A DNA stretch of 64,000 bases from Eledone cirrhosa (taxonomy: Eukaryota), in contig OZ024743.1 in the NCBI GenBank assembly GCA_964016885.1, positions 354,516,001 to 354,580,000 of the forward strand, given 5' to 3'. The notes beneath the pieces are model-generated. The model had not been told where the DNA came from. It did not search any database and was given only the letters and a program-made list of their open reading frames with translations. Shown in pieces: positions 37,132-50,929 of the stretch. Each line of letters opens with the position of its first letter. Positions within the stretch are counted from its first letter, which is position 1. A program made the translations under genes and the position numbers.

Positions 37132-38880
37132 TCATGCTGGTTGTTGTTGGTGGTAGAGATTGAGGTTTTTGTGATCCTGGTAATGGTGATGCTGATGATT
37201 GTACTGATGCTGGTTGTTGTTGGTGGTAGAGATTGAGGTTTTTGTGATCCTGGTAATGGTGATGCTGATGATTGTCCTCATGCTGGTTGTTGTTGGTGGT
37301 AGAGATTGAGGTTTTTGTGATTCTGGTAATGGTGATGCTGATGATTGTACTGATGCTGGTTGTTGTTGATGGTAGAAATTGAGGTTTTTGTGATTCTGGT
37401 AACGGTGATGCTGATGATTGTCCTCATGCTGGTTGTTGTTGGTGGTAGAGATTGAGGTTTTTGTGATTCTGGTAATGGTGATGCTGATGATTGTCCTCAT
37501 GCTGGTTGTTGTTGGTGGTAGAGGTTGAGGTTTTTGTGATACTAATAATGGTGATGCTGATGATTGTCCTCGTGCTGGTTGTTGTTGGTGGTAGAGATTG
37601 AGGTTTTTGTGATTCTGGTAATGGTGATGTTGATGATTGTCCTCATGCTGGTTGTTGGTGGTGGTAGAGATTGAGGTTTTTGTGATTCTGGTAATGGTGA
37701 TGTTGATGATTGTCCTCATGCTGGTTGTTGGTGGTGGTAGAGATTGAGGTATTTGTGATTCTGGTAACGGTGATGCTGATGATTGTCCTCATGCTGGTTG
37801 TTGTTGGTGGTAGAGATTGAGGTTTTTGTGATTCTGGTAATGGTGATGCTGATGATTGTACTGATGCTGGTTGTTGTTGATGGTAGAGATTGAGGTTTTT
37901 GTGATTCTGGTAACGGTGATGCTGATGATTGTACTGATGCTGGTTGTTGTTGGTGGTAGAGATTGAGGTTTTTGTGATTCTGGTAATGGTGATGCTGATG
38001 ATTGTCCTCATGCTGGTTGTTGTTGGTGGTAGAGATTGAGGTTTTTGTGATCCTGGTAATGGTGATGCTGATGATTGTACTGATGCTGGTTGTTGTTGGT
38101 GGTAGAGATTGAGGTTTTTGTGATCCTGGTAATGGTGATTCTGATGATTGTCCTCATGCTGGTTGTTGTTGGTGGTAGAGATTGAGGTTTTTGTGATTCT
38201 GGTAATGGTGATGCTGATGATTGTACTGATGCTGGTTGTTGTTGATGGTAGAAATTGAGGTTTTTGTGATTCTGGTAACGGTGATGCTGATGATTGTCCT
38301 CATGCTGGTTGTTGTTGGTGGTAGAGATTGAGGTTTTTGTGATTCTGGTAATGGTGATGCTGATGATTGTCCTCATGCTGGTTGTTGTTGGTGGTAGAGG
38401 TTGAGGTTTTTGTGATACTAATAATGGTGATGCTGATGATTGTCCTCGTGCTGGTTGTTGTTGGTGGTAGAGATTGAGGTTTTTGTGATTCTGGTAATGG
38501 TGATGTTGATGATTGTCCTCATGCTGGTTGTTGGTGGTGGTAGAGATTGAGGTTTTTGTGATTCTGGTAATGGTGATGTTGATGATTGTCCTCATGCTGG
38601 TTGTTGGTGGTGGTAGAGATTGAGGTATTTGTGATTCTGGTAACGGTGATGCTGATGATTGTCCTCATGCTGGTTGTTGTTGGTGGTAGAGATTGAGGTT
38701 TTTGTGATTCTGGTAATGGTGATGCTGATGATTGTCCTCATGCTGGTTGTTGTTGATGGTAGAGATTGAGGTTTTTGTGATTCTGGTAACGGTGATGCTG
38801 ATGATTGTACTGATGCTGGTTGTTGTTGGTGGTAGAGATTGAGGTTTTTGTGTTTCTGGTAATGGTGATGCTGATGATTG
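37132..38880 (+). repeat. Tandem duplication of a 12-monomer block (876 bp)
   Basis: Rare GAGGTTGAGG at 37521/38397. ORFs at 37132/38008 are offset by 876 = 12x73. Confidence 0.9.
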
Positions 38881-41800
38881 TCCTCATGCTGGTTGTTGTT
38901 GGTGGTAGAGATTGAGGTTTTTGTGATACTAATAATGGTGATGCTGATGATTGTCCTCGTGCTGGTTGTTGTTGGTGGTAGAGATTGAGGTTTTTGTGAT
39001 TCTGGTAATGGTGATGTTGATGATTGTCCTCATGCTGGTTGTTGGTGGTGGTAGAGATTGAGGTTTTTGTGATTCTGGTAATGGTGATGTTGATGATTGT
39101 CCTCATGCTGGTTGTTGGTGGTGGTAGTGATTGAGGTATTTGTGATTCTGGTAACGGTAATGCTGATGATTGTCCTCATGCTGGTTGTTGTTGGTGGTAG
39201 AGATTGAGGTTTTTGTGATTCTGGTAACGGTGATGCTGATGATTGTCCTCATGCTGGTTGTTGTTGGTGGTAGAGATTGAGGTTTTTGTGATTCTGGTAA
39301 TGGTGATGCTGATGATTGTCCTCATGCTGGTTGTTGTTGGTGGTAGAGATTGAGGTTTTTGTGATACTAATAATGGTGATGCTGATGATTGTCCACCGTG
39401 CTGGTTGTTGTTGGTGGTAGAGATTGAGGTTTTTGTGATTCTGGTAATGGTGATGTTGATGATTGTCCTCATGCTGGTTGTTGGTGGTGGTAGAGATTGA
39501 GGTTTTTGTGATTCTGGTAATGGTGATGTTGATGATTGTCCTCATGCTGGTTGTTGGTGGTGGTAGAGATTGAGGTATTTGTGATTCTGGTAATGGTGAT
39601 GCTGATGATTGTCCTCATGCTGGTTGTTGTTGGTGGTAGAGATTGAGGTTTTTGTGATTCTGGTAATGGTGATGTTGATGATTGTCCTCATGCTGGTTGT
39701 TGGTGGTGGTAGAGATTGAGGTTTTTGTGATTCTGGTAATGGTGATGTTGATGATTGTCCTCATGCTGGTTGTTGGTGGTGGTAGAGATTGAGGTATTTG
39801 TGATTCTGGTAATGGTGATGCTGATGATTGTCCTCATGCTGGTTGTTGTTGGTGGTAGAGATTGAGGTATTTGTGATTCTGGTAATGGTGATGCTGATGA
39901 TTGTCCTCATGCTGGTTGTTGTTGGTGGTAGAGATTGAGGTTTTTGTGATTCTGGTAATGGTGATGCTGATGATTGTCCTCATGCTGGTTGTTGTTGGTG
40001 GTAGAGATTGAGGTTTTTGTGATACTAATAATGGTGATGCTGATGATTGTCCTCGTGCTGGTTGTTGTTGGTGGTAGAGATTGAGGTTTTTGTGATTCTG
40101 GTAATGGTGATGTTGATGATTGTCCTCATGCTGGTTGTTGGTGGTGGTAGAGATTGAGGTTTTTGTGATTCTGGTAATGGTGATGTTGATGATTGTCCTC
40201 ATGCTGGTTGTTGGTGGTGGTAGAGATTGAGGTATTTGTGATTCTGGTAATGGTGATGCTGATGATTGTCCTCATGCTGGTTGTTGTTGGTGGTAGAGAT
40301 TGAGGTTTTTGTGATTCTGGTAATGGTGATGTTGATGATTGTCCTCATGCTGGTTGTTGGTGGTGGTAGAGATTGAGGTTTTTGTGATTCTGGTAATGGT
40401 GATGTTGATGATTGTCCTCATGCTGGTTGTTGGTGGTGGTAGAGATTGAGGTATTTGTGATTCTGGTAATGGTGATGCTGATGATTGTCCTCATGCTGGT
40501 TGTTGTTGGTGGTAGAGATTGAGGTATTTGTGATTCTGGTAATGGTGATGCTGATGATTGTCCTCATGCTGGTTGTTGTTGGTGGTAGAGATTGAGGTTT
40601 TTGTGATTCTGGTAATGGTGATGCTGATGATTGTCCTCATGCTGGTTGTTGGTGGTGGTAGAGATTGAGGTTTTTGTGATCCTGGTAATGGTGATGCTGA
40701 TGATTGTCCTCATGCTGGTTGTTGTTGGTGGTAGGGATTGAGGTATTTGTGATTCTGGTAATGGTGATGCTGATGATTGTCCTCATGCTGGTTGTTGTTG
40801 GTGGTAGAGATTGAGGTTTTTGTGATTCTGGTAATGGTGATGCTGATGATTGTCCTCATGCTGGTTGTTGTTGGTGGTAGAGATTGAGGTATTTGTGATT
40901 CTGGTAATGGTGATGCTGATGATTGTCCTCATGCTGGTTGTTGTTGGTGGTAGAGATTGAGGTTTTTGTGATTCTGGTAATGGTGATGCTGATGATTGTC
41001 CTCATGCTGGTTGTTGGTGGTGGTAGAGATTGAGGTTTTTGTGATCCTGGTAATGGTGATGCTGATGATTGTCCTCATGCTGGTTGTTGTTGGTGGTAGG
41101 GATTGAGGTTTTTGTGATCCTGGTAATGGTGATGCTGATGATTGTACTCATGCTGGTTGTTGGTGGTGGTAGAGATTGAGGTTTTTGTGATCCTGGTAAT
41201 GGTGATGCTGATGATTGTCCTCATGCTGGTTGTTGTTGGTGGTAGGGATTGAGGTTTTTGTGATCCTGGTAATGGTGATGCTGATGATTGTCCTCATGCT
41301 GGTTGTTGGTGGTGGTAGAGATTGAGGTTTTTGTGATTCTGGTAGTGGTGATGCTGATGATTGTCCTCATGCTGGTTGTTGGTGGTGGTAGAGATTGAGG
41401 TATTTGTGATTCTGGTAATGGTGATGTTGATGATTGTCCTCATGCTGGTTGTTGTTGGTGGTAGGGATTGAGGTTTTTGTGATCCTGGTAATGGTGATGC
41501 TGATGATTGTCCTCATGCTGGTTGTTGTTGGTGGTAGAGATTGAGGTTTTTGTGATCCTGGTAATGGTGATGCTAATGATTGTCCTCATGCTGGTTGTTG
41601 GTGGTGGTAGAGATTGAGGTGTTTGTGATTCTGGTAATGGTGATGCTGATGATTGTCCTCATGCTGGTTGTTGTTGGTGATAGAGATTGAGGTTTTTGTG
41701 ATTCTGGTAATGGTGATGCTAATGATTGTCCTCATGCTGGTTGTTGGTGGTGGTAGAGATTGAGGTGTCTGTGATTCTGGTAATGGTGATGCTGATGATT

Positions 41801-41949
41801 GTCCTCATGCTGGTTGTTGTTGGTGGTAGAGATTGAGGTGTTTGTGATTCTGGTAATGGTGATGCTGATGATTGTCCTCATGCTGGTTGTTGTTGGTGGT
41901 AGAGATTGAGGTGTCTGTGATTCTGGTAATGGTGATGCTGATGATTGTC

Positions 41950-44900
41950 CTCATGCTGGTTGTTGTTGGTGGTAGAGATTGAGGTTTTTGTGATTCTGGT
42001 AATAGTGATGCTGATGATTGTACTGATGCTGGTTGTTGTTGGTGGTAGAGATTGAGGTTTTTGTGATTCTGGTAATGGTGATGCTGACGATTGTCCTCAT
42101 GCTGGTTGTTGTTGGTGGTAGAGATTGAGGTTTTTGTGATTCTGGTAATGGTGATGCTGACGATTGTCCTCATGCTGGTTGTTGTTGGTGGTAGAGATTG
42201 AGGTTTTTGTGATTCTGGTAATGGTGATGCTGATGATTGTCCTCATGCTGGTTGTTGTTGGTGGTAGAGATTGAGGTTTTTGTGATCCCGATAATGGTGA
42301 TGCTGATGGTTGTCCTCATGCTGGTTGTTGTTGGTGGTAGAGATTGAGCTTTTTGTGATTCTGGTAATGGTGATGCTGATGATTGTCTTCATGCTGGTTA
42401 TTGTTGGTGGTAGAGATTGAGGATTTTGTGATTCTGGTAATGGTGATGCTGATGATTGTACTGATGCTGGTTGTTGTTGATGGTAGAGATTGAGGTTTTT
42501 GTGATTCTGGTAACGGTGATGCTGATGATTGTCCTCATGCTGGTTGTTGTTGGTGGTAGAGATTGAGGTTTTTGTGATTCTGGTAATGGTGATGCTGATG
42601 ATTGTCCTCATGCTGGTTGTTGTTGGTGGTAGAGATTGAGGTTTTTGTGATACTAATAATGGTGATGCTGAAGATTGTCCTCGTGCTGGTTGTTGTTGGT
42701 GGTAGAGATTGAGGTTTTTGTGATTCTGGTAATGGTGATGTTGATGATTGTCCTCATGCTGGTTGTTGGTGGTGGTAGAGATTGAGGTTTTTGTGATTCT
42801 GATAATGGTGATGTTGATGATTGTCCTCATGCTGGTTGTTGGTGGTGGTAGTGATTGAGGTATTTGTGATTCTGGTAATGGTGATGCTGATGATTGTCCT
42901 CATGCTGGTTGTTGTTGGTGGTAGAGATTGAGGTTTTTGTGATTCTGGTAACGGTGATGCTGATGATTGTCCTCATGCTGGTTGTTGTTGGTGGTAGAGA
43001 TTGAGGTTTTTGTGATTCTGGTAATGGTGATGCTGATGATTGTCCTCATGCTGGTTGTTGTTGGTGGTAGAGATTGAGGTTTTTGTGATACTAATAATGG
43101 TGATGCTGATGATTGTCCTCATACTGGTTGTTGTTGGTGGTAGAGATTGAGGTTTTTGTGATTCTGGTAATGGTGATGTTGATGATTGTCCTCATGCTGG
43201 TTGTTGGTGGTGGTAGAGATTGAGGTTTTTGTGATTCTGATAATGGTGATGTTGATGATTGTCCTCATGCTGGTTGTTGGTGGTGGTAGAGATTGAGGTA
43301 TTTGTGATTCTGGTAATGGTGATGCTGATGATTGTCCTCATGCTGGTTGTTGTTGGTGGTAGAGATTGAGGTTTTTGTGATTCTGGTAATGGTGATGTTG
43401 ATGATTGTCCTCATGCTGGTTGTTGGTGGTGGTAGAGATTGAGGTTTTTGTGATCCTGGTAATGGTGATGTTGATGATTGTCCTCATGCTGGTTGTTGGT
43501 GGTGGTAGAGATTGAGGTATTTGTGATTCTGGTAATGGTGATGCTGATGATTGTCCTCATGCTGGTTGTTGTTGGTGGTAGAGATCGAGGTATTTGTGAT
43601 TCTGGTAATGGTGATGCTGATGATTGTCCTCATGCTGGTTGTTGTTGGTGGTAGAGATTGAGGTTTTTGTGATTCTGGTAATGGTGATGCTGATGATTGT
43701 CCTCATGCTGGTTGTTGTTGGTGGTAGAGATTGAGGTTTTTGTGATACTAATAATGGTGATGCTGATGATTGTCCTCGTGCTGGTTGTTGTTGGTGGTAG
43801 AGATTGAGGTTTTTGTGATTCTGGTAATGGTGATGTTGATGATTGTCCTCATGCTGGTTGTTGGTGGTGGTAGAGATTGAGGTTTTTGTGATTCTGGTAA
43901 TGGTGATGTTGATGATTGTCCTCATGCTGGTTGTTGGTGGTGGTAGAGATTGAGGTATTTGTGATTCTGGTAATGGTGATGCTGATGATTGTCCTCATGC
44001 TGGTTGTTGTTGGTGGTAGAGATTGAGGTTTTAGTGATTCTGGTAATGGTGATGTTGATGATTGTCCTCATGCTGGTTGTTGGTGGTGGTAGAGATTGAG
44101 GTTTTTGTGATTCTGGTAATGGTGATGTTGATGATTGTCCTCATGCTGGTTGTTGGTGGTGGTAGAGATTGAGGTATTTGTGATTCTGGTAATGGTGATG
44201 CTGATGATTGTCCTCATGCTGGTTGTTGGTGGTGGTAGAGATTGAGGTATTTGTGATTCTTGTAATGGTGATGCTGATGATTGTCCTCATGCTGGTTGTT
44301 GTTGGTGGTAGAGATTGAGGTTTTTGTGATTCTGGTAATGGTGATGCTGATGATTGTCCTCATGCTGGTTGTTGGTGGTGGTAGAGATTGAGGTTTTTGT
44401 GATCCTGGTAATGGTGATGCTGATGATTGTCCTCATGCTGGTTGTTGTTGGTGGTAGGGATTGAGGTATTTGTGATTCTGGTAATGGTGATGCTGATGAT
44501 TGTCCTCATGCTGGTTGTTGTTGGTGGTAGAGATTGAGGTTTTTGTGATTCTGGTAATGGTGATGCTGATGATTGTCCTCATGCTGGTTGTTGTTGGTGG
44601 TAGAGATTGAGGTTTTTGTGATTCTGGTAATAGTGATGCTGATGATTGTACTGATGCTGGTTGTTGTTGGTGGTAGAGATTGAGGTTTTTGTGATTCTGG
44701 TAATGGTGATGCTGACGATTGTCCTCATGCTGGTTGTTGTTGGTGGTAGAGATTGAGGTTTTTGTGATTCTGGTAATGGTGATGCTGACGATTGTCCTCA
44801 TGCTGGTTGTTGTTGGTGGTAGAGATTGAGGTTTTTGTGATTCTGGTAATGGTGATGCTGATGATTGTCCTCATGCTGGTTGTTGTTGGTGGTAGAGATT

Positions 44901-47200
44901 GAGGTTTTTGTGATCCCGATAATGGTGATGCTGATGGTTGTCCTCATGCTGGTTGTTGTTGGTGGTAGAGATTGAGCTTTTTGTGATTCTGGTAATGGTG
45001 ATGCTGATGATTGTCTTCATGCTGGTTATTGTTGGTGGTAGAGATTGAGGATTTTGTGATTCTGGTAATGGTGATGCTGATGATTGTACTGATGCTGGTT
45101 GTTGTTGATGGTAGAGATTGAGGTTTTTGTGATTCTGGTAACGGTGATGCTGATGATTGTCCTCATGCTGGTTGTTGTTGGTGGTAGAGATTGAGGTTTT
45201 TGTGATTCTGGTAATGGTGATGCTGATGATTGTCCTCATGCTGGTTGTTGTTGGTGGTAGAGATTGAGGTTTTTGTGATACTAATAATGGTGATGCTGAA
45301 GATTGTCCTCGTGCTGGTTGTTGTTGGTGGTAGAGATTGAGGTTTTTGTGATTCTGGTAATGGTGATGTTGATGATTGTCCTCATGCTGGTTGTTGGTGG
45401 TGGTAGAGATTGAGGTTTTTGTGATTCTGATAATGGTGATGTTGATGATTGTCCTCATGCTGGTTGTTGGTGGTGGTAGTGATTGAGGTATTTGTGATTC
45501 TGGTAATGGTGATGCTGATGATTGTCCTCATGCTGGTTGTTGTTGGTGGTAGAGATTGAGGTTTTTGTGATTCTGGTAACGGTGATGCTGATGATTGTCC
45601 TCATGCTGGTTGTTGTTGGTGGTAGAGATTGAGGTTTTTGTGATTCTGGTAATGGTGATGCTGATGATTGTCCTCATGCTGGTTGTTGTTGGTGGTAGAG
45701 ATTGAGGTTTTTGTGATACTAATAATGGTGATGCTGATGATTGTCCTCATACTGGTTGTTGTTGGTGGTAGAGATTGAGGTTTTTGTGATTCTGGTAATG
45801 GTGATGTTGATGATTGTCCTCATGCTGGTTGTTGGTGGTGGTAGAGATTGAGGTTTTTGTGATTCTGATAATGGTGATGTTGATGATTGTCCTCATGCTG
45901 GTTGTTGGTGGTGGTAGAGATTGAGGTATTTGTGATTCTGGTAATGGTGATGCTGATGATTGTCCTCATGCTGGTTGTTGTTGGTGGTAGAGATTGAGGT
46001 TTTTGTGATTCTGGTAATGGTGATGTTGATGATTGTCCTCATGCTGGTTGTTGGTGGTGGTAGAGATTGAGGTTTTTGTGATCCTGGTAATGGTGATGTT
46101 GATGATTGTCCTCATGCTGGTTGTTGGTGGTGGTAGAGATTGAGGTATTTGTGATTCTGGTAATGGTGATGCTGATGATTGTCCTCATGCTGGTTGTTGT
46201 TGGTGGTAGAGATCGAGGTATTTGTGATTCTGGTAATGGTGATGCTGATGATTGTCCTCATGCTGGTTGTTGTTGGTGGTAGAGATTGAGGTTTTTGTGA
46301 TTCTGGTAATGGTGATGCTGATGATTGTCCTCATGCTGGTTGTTGTTGGTGGTAGAGATTGAGGTTTTTGTGATACTAATAATGGTGATGCTGATGATTG
46401 TCCTCGTGCTGGTTGTTGTTGGTGGTAGAGATTGAGGTTTTTGTGATTCTGGTAATGGTGATGTTGATGATTGTCCTCATGCTGGTTGTTGGTGGTGGTA
46501 GAGATTGAGGTTTTTGTGATTCTGGTAATGGTGATGTTGATGATTGTCCTCATGCTGGTTGTTGGTGGTGGTAGAGATTGAGGTATTTGTGATTCTGGTA
46601 ATGGTGATGCTGATGATTGTCCTCATGCTGGTTGTTGTTGGTGGTAGAGATTGAGGTTTTAGTGATTCTGGTAATGGTGATGTTGATGATTGTCCTCATG
46701 CTGGTTGTTGGTGGTGGTAGAGATTGAGGTTTTTGTGATTCTGGTAATGGTGATGTTGATGATTGTCCTCATGCTGGTTGTTGGTGGTGGTAGAGATTGA
46801 GGTATTTGTGATTCTGGTAATGGTGATGCTGATGATTGTCCTCATGCTGGTTGTTGGTGGTGGTAGAGATTGAGGTATTTGTGATTCTGGTAATGGTGAT
46901 GCTGATGATTGTCCTCATGCTGGTTGTTGTTGGTGGTAGAGATTGAGGTTTTTGTGATTCTGGTAATGGTGATGCTGATGATTGTCCTCATGCTGGTTGT
47001 TGGTGGTGGTAGAGATTGAGGTTTTTGTGATCCTGGTAATGGTGATGCTGATGATTGTCCTCATGCTGGTTGTTGTTGGTGGTAGGGATTGAGGTATTTG
47101 TGATTCTGGTAATGGTGATGCTGATGATTGTCCTCATGCTGGTTGTTGTTGGTGGTAGAGATTGAGGTTTTTGTGATTCTGGTAATGGTGATGCTGATGA
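41950..47200 (+). repeat. Tandem duplication of a 36-monomer block (2,628 bp)
   Basis: AATAGTGATG, GATCCCGATAA, GCTGAAGATT, GATCGAGG and TTTAGTG each recur once at +2628. ORF pairs 42243/44871 and 43557/46185. Confidence 0.92.
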
Positions 47201-50200
47201 TTGTCCTCATGCTGGTTGTTGTTGGTGGTAGAGATTGAGGTATTTGTGATTCTGGTAATGGTGATGCTGATGATTGTCCTCATGCTGGTTGTTGTTGGTG
47301 GTAGAGATTGAGGTTTTTGTGATTCTGGTAATGGTGATGCTGATGATTGTCCTCATGCTGGTTGTTGGTGGTGGTAGAGATTGAGGTTTTTGTGATCCTG
47401 GTAATGGTGTTGCTGATGATTGTCCTCATGCTGGTTGTTGTTGGTGGTAGGGATTGAGGTTTTTGTGATCCTGGTAATGGTGATGCTGATGATTGTCCTC
47501 ATGCTGGTTGTTGGTGGTGGTAGAGATTGAGGTTTTTGTGATCCTGGTAATGGTGATGCTGATGATTGTCCTCATGCTGGTTGTTGTTGGTGGTAGGGAT
47601 TGAGGTTTTTGTGATTCTGGTAATGGTGATGTTGATGATTGTCCTCATGCTGGTTGTTGGTGGTGGTAGAGATTGAGGTTTTTGTGATTCTGGTAATGGT
47701 GATGTTGATGATTGTCCTCATGCTGGTTGTTGGTGGTGGTAGAGATTGAGGTATTTGTGATTCTGGTAATGGTGATGCTGATGATTGTCCTCATGCTGGT
47801 TGTTGTTGGTGGTAGAGATTGAGGTTTTTGTGATTCTGGTAATGGTGATGTTGATGATTGTCCTCATGCTGGTTGTTGGTGGTGGTAGAGATTGAGGTAT
47901 TTGTGATTCTGGTAATGGTGATGCTGATGATTGTCCTCATGCTGGTTGTTGGTGGTGGTAGAGATTGAGGTTTTTGTGATCCTGGTAATGGTGTTGCTGA
48001 TGATTGTCCTCATGCTGGTTGTTGTTGGTGGTAGGGATTGAGGTTTTTGTGATCCTGGTAATGGTGATGCTGATGATTGTCCTCATGCTGGTTGTTGTTG
48101 GTGGTAGGGATTGAGGTTTTTGTGATTCTGGTAATGGTGATGTTGATGATTGTCCTCATGCTGGTTGTTGGTGGTGGTAGAGATTGAGGTTTTTGTGATT
48201 CTGGTAATGGTGATGTTGATGATTGTCCTCATGCTGGTTGTTGGTGGTGGTAGAGATTGAGGTATTTGTGATTCTGGTAATGGTGATGCTGATGATTGTC
48301 CTCATGCTGGTTGTTGTTGGTGGTAGAGATTGAGGTTTTTGTGATTCTGGTAATGGTGATGTTGATGATTGTCCTCATGCTGGTTGTTGGTGGTGGTAGA
48401 GATTGAGGTTTTTGTGATTCTGGTAATGGTGATGTTGATGATTGTCCTCATGCTGGTTGTTGGTGGTGGTAGAGATTGAGGTTTTTGTGATCCTGGTAAT
48501 GGTGATGCTGATGATTGTCCTCATGCTGGTTGTTGTTGGTGGTAGGGATTGAGGTTTTTGTGATTCTGGTAATGGTGATGTTGATGATTGTCCTCATGCT
48601 GGTTGTTGGTGGTGGTAGAGATTGAGGTTTTTGTGATTCTGGTAATGGTGATGTTGATGATTGTCCTCATGCTGGTTGTTGGTGGTGGTAGAGATTGAGG
48701 TATTTGTGATTCTGGTAATGGTGATGCTGATGATTGTCCTCATGCTGGTTGTTGTTGGTGGTAGAGATTGAGGTTTTTGTGATTCTGGTAATGGTGATGT
48801 TGATGATTGTCCTCATGCTGGTTGTTGGTGGTGGTAGAGATTGAGGTTTTTGTGATTCTGGTAATGGTGATGTTGATGATTGTCCTCATGCTGGTTGTTG
48901 GTGGTGGTAGAGATTGAGGTATTTGTGATTCTGGTAATGGTGATGCTGATGATTGTCCTCATGCTGGTTGTTGTTGGTGGTAGAGATTGAGGTATTTGTG
49001 ATTCTGGTAATGGTGATGCCGATGATTGTCCTCATGCTGGTTGTTGTTGGTGGTAGAGATTGAGGTTTTTGTGATTCTGGTAATGGTGATGCTGATGATT
49101 GTCCTCATGCTGGTTGTTGTTGGTGGTAGAGATTGAGGTTTTTGTGATACTAATAATGGTGATGCTGATGATTGTCCTCGTGCTGGGTGTTGTTGGTGGT
49201 AGAGATTGAGGTTTTTGTGATTCTGGTAATGGTGATGTTGATGATTGTCCTCATGCTGGTTGTTGGTGGTGGTAGAGATTGAGGTTTTTGTGATTCTGGT
49301 AATGGTGATGTTGATGATTGTCCTCATGCTGGTTGTTGGTGGTGGTAGAGATTGAGGTATTTGTGATTCTGGTAATGGTGATGCTGATGATTGTCCTCAT
49401 GCTGGTTGTTGTTGGTGGTAGAGATTGAGGTTTTTGTGATTCTGGTAATGGTGATGTTGACGATTGTCCTCATGCTGGTTGTTGGTGGTGGTAGAGATTG
49501 AGGTTTTTGTGATTCTGGTAATGGTGATGTTGATGATTGTCCTCATGCTGGTTGTTGGTGGTGGTAGAGATTGAGGTATTTGTGATTCTGGTAATGGTGA
49601 TGCTGATGATTGTCCTCATGCTGGTTGTTGGTGGTGGTAGAGATTGAGGTATTTGTGATTCTGGTAATGGTGATGCTGATGATTGTCCTCATGCTGGTTG
49701 TTGTTGGTGGTAGAGATTGAGGTTTTTGTGATTCTGGTAATGGTGATGCTGATGATTGTCCTCATGCTGGTTGTTGGTGGTGGTAGAGATTGAGGTTTTT
49801 GTGATCCTGGTAATGGTGATGCTGATGATTGTCCTCATGCTGGTTGTTGTTGGTGGTAGGGATTGAGGTATTTGTGATTCTGGTAATGGTGATGCTGATG
49901 ATTGTCCTCATGCTGGTTGTTGTTGGTGGTAGAGATTGAGGTTTTTGTGATTCTGGTAATGGTGATGCTGATGATTGTCCTCATGCTGGTTGTTGTTGGT
50001 GGTAGAGATTGAGGTATTTGTGATTCTGGTAATGGTGATGCTGATGATTGTCCTCATGCTGGTTGTTGGTGGTGGTAGAGATTGAGGTTTTTGTGATCCT
50101 GGTAATGGTGTTGCTGATGATTGTCCTCATGCTGGTTGTTGTTGGTGGTAGGGATTGAGGTTTTTGTGATCCTGGTAATGGTGATGCTGATGATTGTCCT

Positions 50201-50929
50201 CATGCTGGTTGTTGGTGGTGGTAGAGATTGAGGTTTTTGTGATCCTGGTAATGGTGATGCTGATGATTGTCCTCATGCTGGTTGTTGTTGGTGGTAGGGA
50301 TTGAGGTTTTTGTGATCCTGGTAATGGTGATGCTGATGATTGTCCTCATACTGGTTGTTGGTGGTGGTAGAGATTGAGGTTTTTGTGATTCTGGTAGTGG
50401 TGATGCTGATGATTGTCCTCATGCTGGTTGTTGGTGGTGGTAGAGATTGAGGTATTTGTGATTCTGGTAATGGTGATGCTGATGATTGTCCTCATGCTGG
50501 TTGTTGTTGGTGGTAGGGATTGAGGTTTTTGTGATCCTGGTAATGGTGATGCTGATGATTGTCCTCATGCTGGTTGTTGGTGGTGGTAGAGATTGAGGTT
50601 TTTGTGATTCTGGTAGTGGTGATGCTGATGATTGTCCTCATGCTGGTTGTTGGTGGTGGTAGAGATTGAGGTATTTGTGATTCTGGTAATGGTGATGCTG
50701 ATGATTGTCCTCATGCTGGTTGTTGTTGGTGGTAGGGATTGAGGTTTTGTGATCCTGGTAATGGTGATGCTGATGATTGTCCTCATGCTGGTTGTTGTTG
50801 GTGGTAGAGATTGAGGTTTTTGTGATCCTGGTAATGGTGATGCTAATGATTGTCCTCATGCTGGTTGTTGGTGGTGGTAGAGATTGAGGTGTTTGTGATT
50901 CTGGTAATGGTGATGCTGATGATTGTCCT

